From the NCBI GenBank assembly GCA_017395065.1, contig JAFPWH010000002.1, forward strand, positions 2,156 through 66,155: DNA of 64,000 nt, in the 5' to 3' direction. Each line of letters begins with the position of its first letter. Position 1 is the first letter of the stretch. A program made the position numbers and the translations under genes. Below, in pieces: positions 12,298 to 21,047 of this stretch. Below the pieces are notes generated by a model, which was not told the origin of the DNA, did not search any database, and worked only from the letters and a program-made list of their open reading frames with translations. The stretch is from Clostridia bacterium. GTDB lineage: Bacteria; Bacillota; Clostridia; Christensenellales; Aristaeellaceae.

Positions 12298-12325
12298 GCG
12301 CTTGGAGGGGCCTCGGCCCCTCCAA
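12298..12325. repeat. Palindromic intergenic element TTGGAGGGGCC-N2-GGCCCCTCCAA (copy 1)
   Basis: Perfect 11-bp inverted repeat, 37 nt after the telA stop. A near-identical copy lies at 20963-20988. Confidence 0.7.
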
Positions 12326-12437
12326 ACCGCCCCGGCGTTCGGACCTCCGGGCGGACCCGGGCCGCTCTATCAAAATAAACCGACTTTCAGCCTTGAAATA
12401 AAGCCGAAGCCAAACGACCGCAAAAGGAAGGTACGCC

Positions 12438-13100
12438 ATGAGCCAGACCGCAGTGCAAAAGCAGGAAGAGAAGCTGCTCAAAAAAGCCGAGGAGAAGGAG
12501 CTGATCCGGGAGGTCTATGCCGCCGAGGGCCGCAAAAGGCCGCCGATTCAGGAAAACCGCTCTCTGGCCAAGGCGGTTTTGGCGGGCGTTTTGGCGCTTT
12601 GCATACTGGTGATCGGCCCGATCAAATTGAGCGTAAGGCGAAACAGCGCGCTCAAGAGCTTTAAGCAAAGCACCGAGAGCGCCTACGACAACAGCGTCTA
12701 TAAGCAGATCAGGAGCGCTGCCGCCGAATGCAGAAGCATGCTGAGCGAGATCATGCAAAACGAAGACGCCTACACGAAGGAAAAGACCGACGCGCTTTCG
12801 GCCGTGCTCGACAGAATCGACGCGGAAAGCGACGAAAACAAGCTGTACGAGCTGTACAGCCAGATGCTTTCGCAGTCGACCGGGGTCTACAACGAATATG
12901 CACGGGCGATGGGCTCTCAGGCCTCGGGCAGCGTCTACAGGCGCTACAACGACGGCATACAAAGAAGCGTCGATTCGATCAACGACAGCGCCTACTGGAA
13001 GGACGCCGCCTCCTACAACAACGCGCGCAGCGGTTTCCCCGCGAGCCTGTGGGGAGGCCTGTACGGAATCGATTACATACCGGACAAGACCGGCAAATGA
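12438..13100 (+). CDS. LemA family membrane protein
   Basis: Single TM helix followed by a helical domain. C-terminal 'YNNARSGFPASLWGGLYGI' matches the LemA 'YN..V..FP.N..A..FGF' signature. Followed by two TPM-domain genes, which is the canonical LemA-TPM synteny. Confidence 0.6.
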   Translation: MSQTAVQKQEEKLLKKAEEKELIREVYAAEGRKRPPIQENRSLAKAVLAGVLALCILVIGPIKLSVRRNSALKSFKQSTESAYDNSVYKQIRSAAAECRSMLSEIMQNEDAYTKEKTDALSAVLDRIDAESDENKLYELYSQMLSQSTGVYNEYARAMGSQASGSVYRRYNDGIQRSVDSINDSAYWKDAASYNNARSGFPASLWGGLYGIDYIPDKTGK

Positions 13101-13165
13101 CAGCCGGCCCAAACGGTTCAGACGATAGATTTTAACCTGTTCCATAAATAGGACGGAGGAGACCC

Positions 13166-13762
13166 ATGATCGTACTTCCCAACGGCTGGTTCGTGAAGCT
13201 CCTTGCGCTGATCGTGGCGGCAAGTCTGCTTGCGGGCGGCTTGAGTCCCACCGAAAAAGCGCCGGACGAAGACGAAAACCTTTTTTACGTGCAGGACGCC
13301 GCGCACGTTCTGAAAACGGACGCCGTACTCGAGATATTGGCAAACGGCGCGGCGCTCTGTGACAGCTGCGGGTCTCAAATCGTCGTGGTGACGACGAGGG
13401 ACTTAAAAGGCTTAAGCTGCAGGGACTACGCCGTTCAGCTTTTCAACGAGCTGGGCGTAGGCGACAAGGATAAAAACAACGGCTTTCTGCTTTTGATGTA
13501 CATCGCGGACACAAACGCGCAATGCGATTATTTTCTTGCGACCGGAACTGGCGCAGAGGAATTCGTCAGCAATTCCTTGGCGGACGAGCTTCTGTATACG
13601 TACCTGGAGCCGGACTTTGCCCTGGACGACTATTCCGCCGGGACGCGAAAGCTCTACAGGGCGCTTTTTGAGACGGTACGAAACCGGTACGGCCTCAACC
13701 TGGCCTTCGTGGACGCGGAAGCGATCTTGCGCGGATCTACGGTTCCGGACAGGGACTCTTAA
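13166..13762 (+). CDS. TPM-domain (TLP18.3/Psb32/MOLO-1) secreted protein
   Basis: Signal peptide. 'YVQDAAHVL...CDSCGSQIVVVTTRDLKGLSCRDYAVQLFNELGVGDKDKNNGFLLLMYIADT' is a typical TPM phosphatase-like domain. Confidence 0.8.
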   Translation: MIVLPNGWFVKLLALIVAASLLAGGLSPTEKAPDEDENLFYVQDAAHVLKTDAVLEILANGAALCDSCGSQIVVVTTRDLKGLSCRDYAVQLFNELGVGDKDKNNGFLLLMYIADTNAQCDYFLATGTGAEEFVSNSLADELLYTYLEPDFALDDYSAGTRKLYRALFETVRNRYGLNLAFVDAEAILRGSTVPDRDS

Positions 13763-13805
13763 AGAATATTCATTTGATTTTTACCGGGAAAGGCGGGTTT
13801 GAAGC

Positions 13806-14822
13806 GTGAAAAAACTGCTTTGCGTACTGGAGGCCGCGCTGCTGGTGCTTTTGCTTTGCTCCTGCGGCAGCGACCTGATCAAGGCCACGAGCGATTTTTA
13901 TTACAACGACGCCGCAAACGTCTTAAGCGACGAAACGGAGGACGTCATCTACAACAACAGCGAGCGGCTGGACAAGGCCTGCGGATCTCAGATCGTCGTT
14001 GTCACGACGCGCGATCTGGACGGGATGAGCTGCCGCGACTTCGCCGTCAAGCTCTTCAACCAGTGGAAGGTGGGCGACAAGGACAAGGACAACGGCCTTC
14101 TGCTTTTGCTCTACATCGCATCCACCGACGAGGACAGCAACTACTACCTTGCGACCGGCTCGGGCGCGACGGACATCATCGGCAACAGCCTGGCGGGCGA
14201 ACTGCTGGACGAATACCTTGAGCCCTACTTCGCAGTGCGCAACTTCGACACCGGCGTACAGGCGGTCTACGAACAGCTGTTCAATATCGTGAACAGCTAC
14301 TACAATACGGGTCTTGCGTTCCGCGGCGCGTCCGGCGCGGTCTACAGCGGCGCGTCCGGTTCGCGCTATTCGGCCGTCACCGGAGGCGGCGGCTCCTCCG
14401 AAGGGGGTTCCGGCTTTATGAGCGTATTTCTGTTCATCGTCGTGATCGTCGCGGTCATACTGATCGTTTCGGCGGCGGGCTCCAGAAGGCGCAGGGGCGC
14501 CGTGAGGGTCGTGCCGACCGTCGTCTATCGCCGCACGCCGCCGCCCCCGCCGCGCCCCGCACCCGTGGGCAGAAGGAGGACGGTCATCGTGCCTTCGCGC
14601 CCGGCGAGCACGTCCGGCCTGTTCCGTTCGAGCGGCGCGGGCTCCCTTTTCGGCGGAAGCGGCAGGTCGTCCTTCTCTTCGGGAAGCAGCAGGTCGTCCT
14701 TCTCCTCCGGAAGCTCAAGGTCTTCCTTCTCTTCCGGATCGTCGAGGTCGTCCGGCTCGTCCAGAAGCAGCCATTCCGGCGGCGGCGGGCGTTCTTCGGG
14801 CGGCGGCGCGGGCCGCAGATAA
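13806..14822 (+). CDS. TPM-domain protein (YgcG-like) with a TM helix and a Ser/Arg/Gly-rich repetitive C-terminal tail
   Basis: Signal peptide plus a TPM domain homologous to the upstream gene. Hydrophobic segment 'FLFIVVIVAVILIVSA'. Tail '(GSSRSSFSS)x4...GGGGRSSGGGAGRR' is encoded by ~27-bp tandem repeats. Confidence 0.8.
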   Translation: MKKLLCVLEAALLVLLLCSCGSDLIKATSDFYYNDAANVLSDETEDVIYNNSERLDKACGSQIVVVTTRDLDGMSCRDFAVKLFNQWKVGDKDKDNGLLLLLYIASTDEDSNYYLATGSGATDIIGNSLAGELLDEYLEPYFAVRNFDTGVQAVYEQLFNIVNSYYNTGLAFRGASGAVYSGASGSRYSAVTGGGGSSEGGSGFMSVFLFIVVIVAVILIVSAAGSRRRRGAVRVVPTVVYRRTPPPPPRPAPVGRRRTVIVPSRPASTSGLFRSSGAGSLFGGSGRSSFSSGSSRSSFSSGSSRSSFSSGSSRSSGSSRSSHSGGGGRSSGGGAGRR

Positions 14823-14843
14823 TACGAACGGGAGGCAGATACC

Positions 14844-15485
14844 ATGATACGCGAATCGGCCATGTACAGGATCCGGGAAGGGCAAAAGAACACGCTCATC
14901 AACGTGCTTTGGAGCGGCAGCCGCTACGTGGATGAGAAATGCGCGTCCCTCGGCATACAGAACGCCTCCGCGTGGAGCGTGGGCGAATACCTGTATCTCT
15001 ACGCGGAGCACGAGGGCGAGAAGGGGCTTAATGCCCTGATCGGCGCCTTCGATTACGAACTCGGCCTCTACGCCGAAAAGATCGCTTCGCCGGACGAGAT
15101 GCAATTGATGTATCACGACATCGGCGTCGTGCGCGCGGACAAGAGCCTCATCCGCCGCCGCGTGTTCGCGACGGTTCTCAAGGACGGCTGCGCAGCGGAA
15201 TACAAGGCCCGCCACCAAAAGCTGATCGACGCACGGGGCGATAAAATCTCCGACGGCCCCGAGACCAACTTCACCATCCGCTGCGCCCGGGAAAAGTACA
15301 TCTTCGGCTACTGCGAGCTGGTGAAGAGCTACGACCACGAAATGACGCCCGAGGAAAAGCAGGCCACCGTCGCCTGGGAAACGCGCCAGCTCGAAATCAT
15401 GGACTGGCTGACCGACGATGTGGACTGGATTACGGGCGAAAAGCACGAAAAAATGCAGCTGCTCTACCTGCAGAGGGGTTATTGA
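14844..15485 (+). CDS. Hypothetical protein, possibly tandem rhamnose-mutarotase-like alpha+beta-barrel domains
   Basis: 213 aa with good coding statistics and no strong motif. Two ~100-aa halves show weak similarity to the DABB/mutarotase fold ('YLYLYAEHEG'). Confidence 0.35.
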   Translation: MIRESAMYRIREGQKNTLINVLWSGSRYVDEKCASLGIQNASAWSVGEYLYLYAEHEGEKGLNALIGAFDYELGLYAEKIASPDEMQLMYHDIGVVRADKSLIRRRVFATVLKDGCAAEYKARHQKLIDARGDKISDGPETNFTIRCAREKYIFGYCELVKSYDHEMTPEEKQATVAWETRQLEIMDWLTDDVDWITGEKHEKMQLLYLQRGY

Positions 15486-15522
15486 GCAAAGTATCCAAAG
15501 CAGCTTTCAGGAGGCTTCAGCC

Positions 15523-16728
15523 ATGTCACAGGTCATCGATCTGTTCAGAAAATATATCGGCATCCCGTCCGCTTCGAAGGACGGGAGTTTTTCCAAACCC
15601 AGCACCCCGGAGCAGCTGACGATGGCGCTTGCCCTCGAAAAGGACATGCGGTCGCTGGGCATAAGCGACGTGTTCAACCAGGGAGACGGCTACGTGTACG
15701 GGCGCGTGCCCGCAAACGCCGAGGGGCAGCCGAAGATCGGCCTGATCGCCCATCTGGACGTGGTGGACAACGAGCCCTGCGCGCCGATGAACGAGCGTGT
15801 CATCCGCTATGAAGGCGGCGTCGTCGACGTGGGAAACGGCATAACGCTGGACCCCGCGCTCTATCCTTACCTTGAAAACTGGAAGGGAAAAGAACTGATC
15901 GTAACGGACGGAACGACCATTCTGGGCGCGGACGACAAGGCGGGCGTCGCCGAGATCATGGCGCTTTCTTCGCGGCTGATCGGCGACGATACCATAAAGC
16001 ACGGCGACGTGATGATCTGCTTTACGCCGGACGAAGAGATCGGCGGCAGCGCCGCGGACATGGATTTGAAGCGCTTCGGCGCAGACTGGGCCTACACCGT
16101 GGACGGCGGCGCGCTGGGCGGCGTGGAATATGAAAACTTCAACGCCGCGAGCGCGCGCGTGCGCTTTACGGGCGTGAGCATCCACCCGGGCTCCGCGAAG
16201 GGGCGCATGAAGAACGCGAGCCTCATGGCCGCGGAGTTTATCTCCCTTCTGCCCGCGGCCGAGACGCCCGCGCACACCGAGGGGCGCGAGGGCTTCTACC
16301 ACCTGGTCGAAATGAGCGGAACGCCCGAACAGGCGTCCCTTGCCTACATCCTGAGGGATCACGACGCGGAAAAGCTCGGGGCGAAAAAGGCCTTTCTGCA
16401 CACTTGCGCCGGGTTCATACGGCAAAAATACGGCCCCGAATGCTGCGAGGTGAGCATAAAAGACGGCTACCGCAACATGATCGAGGTCATGAAGGACAAC
16501 ATGCAGGTCGTTTCCCGCGCGCTGGCGGCGTTCGAGAAGTGCGGCGTAAAGCCGTTCTCCGCGCCCGTCAGGGGCGGAACGGACGGCGCGAGCCTGTCCT
16601 TCCGCGGGCTGCCCTGCCCCAACCTTTCCACCGGCAGCATCAACCACCACGGCCGGGGCGAGATCGCCTGCGTGCAGGACATGGAAAAGATGGTGGACGT
16701 GCTGACCGAGCTGGTGAGGGCAAGGTAG
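15523..16728 (+). CDS. pepT: Peptidase T (tripeptide aminopeptidase, M20B)
   Basis: 'MSQVIDLFRKYIGIPSASKDG', 'IGLIAHLDVVD', 'GADDKAGVAEIMAL', 'FTPDEEIG' are M20/PepT motifs. RBS CAGGAGG. The ORF-track start at 15418 is an upstream in-frame extension. Confidence 0.9.
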   Translation: MSQVIDLFRKYIGIPSASKDGSFSKPSTPEQLTMALALEKDMRSLGISDVFNQGDGYVYGRVPANAEGQPKIGLIAHLDVVDNEPCAPMNERVIRYEGGVVDVGNGITLDPALYPYLENWKGKELIVTDGTTILGADDKAGVAEIMALSSRLIGDDTIKHGDVMICFTPDEEIGGSAADMDLKRFGADWAYTVDGGALGGVEYENFNAASARVRFTGVSIHPGSAKGRMKNASLMAAEFISLLPAAETPAHTEGREGFYHLVEMSGTPEQASLAYILRDHDAEKLGAKKAFLHTCAGFIRQKYGPECCEVSIKDGYRNMIEVMKDNMQVVSRALAAFEKCGVKPFSAPVRGGTDGASLSFRGLPCPNLSTGSINHHGRGEIACVQDMEKMVDVLTELVRAR

Positions 16729-17823
16729 ATGAAGCGTTTTTGCGCGCTGTGCGTCCTTCTTTGCGCGCTGCTGAGCTCTTCGGGCGCCTTGGCGCAGGTC
16801 GCCGCCGGCGGAAACCACGCGCTGTATGTGGACGGAAACGGTGCCGTGTGGGCCTGGGGCGCAAACCACAGGCGGGAGACGCTGCCTGAAAACGAAGCGC
16901 TCCTGATCGCAACGCCCGCAAAGGTCTTCGAGGGCGCGGTGCAGGTCGCCTGTGGAAGGCAGTTTTCCCTTGCCTTGGATGCGCAGGGGGAAGCGTGGCT
17001 TTGGGGAAACGGCCTAAGCGAAAAGCAAAGCCTCTCCAAAGACACGGTGAAGATCGCCGCCTGCGAAAGCAGCTACGCGCTTCTGAAATCGGACGGGAGC
17101 GTACTGTACTTCGACGGGCAGGCGGAAAGAAGCTTCGATCTGAACGCCACGGACGTCGCCTGCGGCGCGGATTTTCTGCTCCTGGTTTCGGACGGCAGCG
17201 CATACTTTTACGGTGATCCCATTTATATCGGTCAAAAGGACGACACGCAAGCGCCTGTTATCCTCCTTTCCGGCGCAAAAAGCGTGTTCGCCGCCTGCCA
17301 GACGGGCATGATCCTCGGCGCGGACGGACGTCTGTACGTCTTCGGCGCCTCCGGCGCGGAGGGGCGGCTGGGCCTCGATACGACGCAGTGGATCGCTTCC
17401 CCGACGGCAAACGGCCTTGAAAACGTGCTATTGGGCGCGCCGGGGCTGAGCGCGGGCGGCGCGATCGGCGAAGACGGCACGCTGTACCTTTGGGGCACGC
17501 TGTATTCGCTTCTGTCCGTGTTCGGCGAGGACGGGCTTCCCTACGTTTCGAGCGCCGAGGACGCGCTGATCCGCTACGGCAAAACGCCCATTCCGGTCTA
17601 TGAAAACGCCGTGAGCTGCGCGCTGGGCGATGCGTTCATCGTGCTGGAGCTTGCGGGCGGAACGGTGCTCACCTGGGGCACGAACGACTGGGGCCAGGCC
17701 GGAGACGGCAGCAGCACCCTCTTTACTTACGCGGAGGACGACGGGGACGGCGAATTCCTGATCGAAGACAACCGCCAAATGATCTTCCCGGCCTATCCGC
17801 GGTTCCTGCCGCAGGGAGAATGA
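16729..17823 (+). CDS. Secreted RCC1-repeat (beta-propeller) protein
   Basis: Signal peptide. Repeated 'G..H.LAL..DG.VW.WG.N..GQLG'-type units (ALYVDGNGAVWAWGAN, GEAWLWGNG, GTLYLWGT, VLTWGTNDWGQAG). The start codon abuts the pepT stop. Confidence 0.75.
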   Translation: MKRFCALCVLLCALLSSSGALAQVAAGGNHALYVDGNGAVWAWGANHRRETLPENEALLIATPAKVFEGAVQVACGRQFSLALDAQGEAWLWGNGLSEKQSLSKDTVKIAACESSYALLKSDGSVLYFDGQAERSFDLNATDVACGADFLLLVSDGSAYFYGDPIYIGQKDDTQAPVILLSGAKSVFAACQTGMILGADGRLYVFGASGAEGRLGLDTTQWIASPTANGLENVLLGAPGLSAGGAIGEDGTLYLWGTLYSLLSVFGEDGLPYVSSAEDALIRYGKTPIPVYENAVSCALGDAFIVLELAGGTVLTWGTNDWGQAGDGSSTLFTYAEDDGDGEFLIEDNRQMIFPAYPRFLPQGE

Positions 17824-17875
17824 AGCGGGAAGCCAACTGGCCGATTGAAATTATAAACGCATGGAGGCCGGGTAT

Positions 17876-18628
17876 ATGAAAAAGCTGCTTGCAATGATCC
17901 TGATCCTGACGCTGATTCTATCGATTACCGTTTTCCACGGAGCGGGCGCCCGGGCAGCCGATGCGGGATATAAGATCGGCTCGGTCGTCACTTTCGGTTC
18001 TTACGAGCAGGACGGCGACAAAGCAAACGGCAGGGAGCCTGTCGAGTGGATCGTCGTCGACAAGCGGGGCGACGGCAGCCTGGTTTTGATCAGCAGATAC
18101 GCGCTGGACGCAAAGCCGTACAACGAGGAATTCACCGTCGTGACCTGGGAAAATTGTACGCTGCGAAAGTGGCTCAATGAGGAATTCTACACTTCGGCCT
18201 TCAGCGCGCGGGAGCAGAGCCTGATCGTCCCCGTAATGCTTCAAAACGAAGACAACCCGTATTACGGTACGGACGGCGGAAACGACACGACCGATAAAGT
18301 GTGGCTGCTCAGCATAAACGAAGCGACCGATTACTTCGGGAACGATAAGGTCTTCAGTTACTTTACCGACGACGAGTCGCGCCTGTGCGGGCCGACAGTG
18401 TATGCCGCCCGGGCGCAGACGGTCAGGCAGGGCGGAGACTATGTGTTTGAACCAGCAAGCCCCTGCGTTTGGTGGCTTCGTTCCCCGGGCGACTATGCCG
18501 GATGCGCGTCCTACGTCCTTTACGACGGGTTCGTCATCTTTGTAGGATGCGACGTGGATGACGTGGGCGACGATTTAGGCAGCGCAGACTGCTTTGTGCG
18601 TCCGGCTGTGGTCGTCCGCGTCTCATAA
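17876..18628 (+). CDS. Secreted hypothetical protein (DUF6273-like, with a 'WWLRSP' motif)
   Basis: Signal peptide MKKLLAMILILTLILS. 'EWIVVDKRGDGSLVLISRYALDAKPYN', 'CTLRKWLN', 'VWWLRSPG' resemble a Firmicute-restricted DUF family. Confidence 0.45.
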   Translation: MKKLLAMILILTLILSITVFHGAGARAADAGYKIGSVVTFGSYEQDGDKANGREPVEWIVVDKRGDGSLVLISRYALDAKPYNEEFTVVTWENCTLRKWLNEEFYTSAFSAREQSLIVPVMLQNEDNPYYGTDGGNDTTDKVWLLSINEATDYFGNDKVFSYFTDDESRLCGPTVYAARAQTVRQGGDYVFEPASPCVWWLRSPGDYAGCASYVLYDGFVIFVGCDVDDVGDDLGSADCFVRPAVVVRVS

Positions 18629-18770
18629 AGGCCTACACGTTATTTTATACGTTTTTTCTGACTTTTCCGAGACTGCTTTGAACCGAAACAAATTTGCCGC
18701 GGCATCTTTCTTTTTCGTTTATCTTGCGGTATAATCCCTTTAGCCAAAACATAAAAACAGGAGGCTGTCT

Positions 18771-19493
18771 ATGAAAAAAGCATGGATCTTTCAGGGTGGC
18801 TGGGACGGACACGAGCCCAAGCTCACCAGCAAACGCTTTGCGGCAATGCTCGAAAAGCACGGCTACGAGGTCACCATTCACGATTCGCTTGCGCCCGCGG
18901 AAAACCTGGACGCGCTGATGGAGCTTGATCTGATCATCGCCTGCTGGACGATGGGCCAGATCAGCTGGGATCAGTGCAAAAACATCTGCAAGGCCGTGGG
19001 CAGCGGCGTGGGGCTTGCGGGCTGTCACGGCGGCATGTGCGACAGCTTCCGTGAAAACACCGAATGGCAGTTCATGACCGGCGGCCAGTGGGTCTCCCAT
19101 CCCGGCGGAGACGGCATCAACTACACGGTCAACATCTGCCACGGCTCGAGCCCCATCGTCGAAGGGCTGGAGGATTTCCCGGTGTGCAGCGAGCATTACT
19201 ATCTGCACGTCGATCCCTCCATCGAGGTGCTGGCAACGACGCGCTTCCCGCTGGTGCACTACTACCACATTTCCAACAAGCCCGTGGACATGCCGGTCGC
19301 CTGGACGAAGTTCTGGGGCAACGGCAGGGTGTTCTACACCTCGCTTGGCCACCACGACGACGTGTTCGACAAGTCCCCCAACGCGGCGATCCTGATGGAG
19401 CGCGGCCTCGTGTGGGCGGGCGAGGGCAAGCAGTACGCGATCGACCACGGCCTCACCACCGAGCGGTTCGAAAACACGGCCAAGATGTATTGA
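18771..19493 (+). CDS. ThuA-like (trehalose-utilisation / type-1 glutamine amidotransferase-like) protein
   Basis: 'KAWIFQGGWDGHEP', 'CHGGMCDSF', 'GGQWVSHPGGDG' match ThuA family signatures. RBS CAGGAGG. Confidence 0.75.
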   Translation: MKKAWIFQGGWDGHEPKLTSKRFAAMLEKHGYEVTIHDSLAPAENLDALMELDLIIACWTMGQISWDQCKNICKAVGSGVGLAGCHGGMCDSFRENTEWQFMTGGQWVSHPGGDGINYTVNICHGSSPIVEGLEDFPVCSEHYYLHVDPSIEVLATTRFPLVHYYHISNKPVDMPVAWTKFWGNGRVFYTSLGHHDDVFDKSPNAAILMERGLVWAGEGKQYAIDHGLTTERFENTAKMY

Positions 19494-19506
19494 TGGAGGC
19501 GTTCAG

Positions 19507-20616
19507 ATGAAACCCGTAAACGTTGCAATGATCGGCGTGGGCTGCATAAGCGGCATCTACCTGGAAAACATCACCAAGGTCTTTAAGGACATAAAGCTCG
19601 TCGGCGTATGCGACCTGGTGCGCGAAAGGGCCGAAAACGCCCAGAAGAAGTACGACGTGCCGAAGCTCTACGAGACGATGTACGACGCCTTCAACGATCC
19701 GGAGGTCGAGCTTGTGCTAAACTTAACGCGCCCCTACGAGCACTTCGAGGTCAGCAAGGCGGCGCTCGAGGCGGGCAAGCACGTCTACAGCGAAAAGCCG
19801 CTGGGCGCTTCGCTGGAGGAGGGCAAGGCACTGGTCGCGCTGGCCGAGGAAAAGGGCCTCATGCTGGGCGGCGCGCCGGATACCTTCATGGGCGCGGGCA
19901 TACAGACCTGCCGCCGCCTGATCGACGACGGCTTCATCGGCGACGTCGTGGGCAGCGCGGCCTTCATGATCTGCCACGGCCACGAGACCTGGCATCCCGA
20001 TCCGGATTTCTATTATCAGTACGGCGGCGGCCCGATGTTCGACATGGGCCCATACTACCTGACCGCGCTGATCAACCTGTGCGGCGGCATCCATTCGGTC
20101 ATGAGCGCAAGCAAAAAGAGCTTCGACAAGCGCCTGATCACCTCCCAGCCCTTCGCGGGCACCGAGATCGACGTCAACGTGAACACCTACGTCGCCGGCA
20201 CGATCAAGTACGATTCCGGCGCCGTCGGCACGCTCTTTACGACCTTCGACGTCTATTACCCCTATCAGGCGAGGTTCGAGGTGTACGGGACGCGCGGCAC
20301 GCTCTTCGTGCCTGATCCCAACGGCTTCGGCGGCCCCGTAAAGCTGTTCCGCCCCGAGGACGGCGAGGTGCGCGAAGTGCCGCTGATGTACGACTACAAA
20401 GAAAACAGCCGCGCGCTGGGCCTGGACGACATGGCTGTGGCCATCCGCACAGGCCGCGAAGCCAGGGCGGACTACAGGCAGACCTTCCATGTGCTGGACG
20501 CGATGACCGGCTTCGAGCGCAGTGCCCAGAGCGGCAGATGGGTCAGAATGAGCACCAAATACAAGCGCCATAAGCCCATGGTGAAGGCGGAGCTTAAGGG
20601 AAAGCTGGACGAATAA
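19507..20616 (+). CDS. Gfo/Idh/MocA family NAD(P)-dependent oxidoreductase
   Basis: N-terminal Rossmann 'VNVAMIGVGCISGIY' and 'EKPLGASLEEGKALV'. Follows ThuA, as in ThuA/ThuB pairs. Confidence 0.85.
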   Translation: MKPVNVAMIGVGCISGIYLENITKVFKDIKLVGVCDLVRERAENAQKKYDVPKLYETMYDAFNDPEVELVLNLTRPYEHFEVSKAALEAGKHVYSEKPLGASLEEGKALVALAEEKGLMLGGAPDTFMGAGIQTCRRLIDDGFIGDVVGSAAFMICHGHETWHPDPDFYYQYGGGPMFDMGPYYLTALINLCGGIHSVMSASKKSFDKRLITSQPFAGTEIDVNVNTYVAGTIKYDSGAVGTLFTTFDVYYPYQARFEVYGTRGTLFVPDPNGFGGPVKLFRPEDGEVREVPLMYDYKENSRALGLDDMAVAIRTGREARADYRQTFHVLDAMTGFERSAQSGRWVRMSTKYKRHKPMVKAELKGKLDE

Positions 20617-20619
20617 AAA

Positions 20620-20670
20620 GGGGCTGTTTCACAGCCCTTCGAATGAAATGAATCGGGGATTCATTTCATT
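20620..20670 (+). terminator. Tandem hairpins (terminator-like) after the oxidoreductase gene
   Basis: ggggctgtttcacagccc stem; then a perfect 15-bp inverted repeat cgaatgaaatgaatc-ggg-gattcatttcattcg; then a T-rich tract (ggttttctgc). Confidence 0.6.
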
Positions 20671-20962
20671 CGGTCAGGTTTTCTGCTGTGGTAAGCGGGT
20701 TTTGTACAAACGATATATAACCGATACTTATCCAACAGGATAGCAGTTTTTGCTGAAAAATCTGCGGATTTTTCCGGGCGCAAGGCGCGCTGCTTCAAAT
20801 CTTTGATTTGAACCAGTGCGTCCCGCCACAGGCGGGATCGATTTGCCAAAGGCAAATCGACCTCAAACTGAGCGGAAAGGATTTTTACTCCCGCGGGGCA
20901 AGCTCCGCTTCGTAAAAATCCATCCTCGAACCGGCAAAGCCGGTCCTGCAGATTGAAGTTGG

Positions 20963-20988
20963 AGGGGCTGTGGCCCCTCCAAACCTCC
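20963..20988. repeat. Palindromic intergenic element TTGGAGGGGC-tgtg-GCCCCTCCAA (copy 2)
   Basis: Same arms as the element at 12298-12325. Confidence 0.7.
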
Positions 20989-21047
20989 CTCGGGCTTTTG
21001 TGTTCGTGCAACACCCCTCTGTCCATTCAAAGATCCTGAAAGGAGGA

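Noticed and set aside
20661-21026. 121-aa minus-strand ORF in the structured intergenic region
   Set aside because: No RBS. It spans multiple perfect hairpins and the palindromic repeat element, so it is more consistent with a non-coding structured region.
20620-21047. Specific riboswitch class assignment (e.g. raiA-like RNA) for the structured region
   Set aside because: A named RNA family cannot be verified by eye. It is reported only as a candidate structured region.
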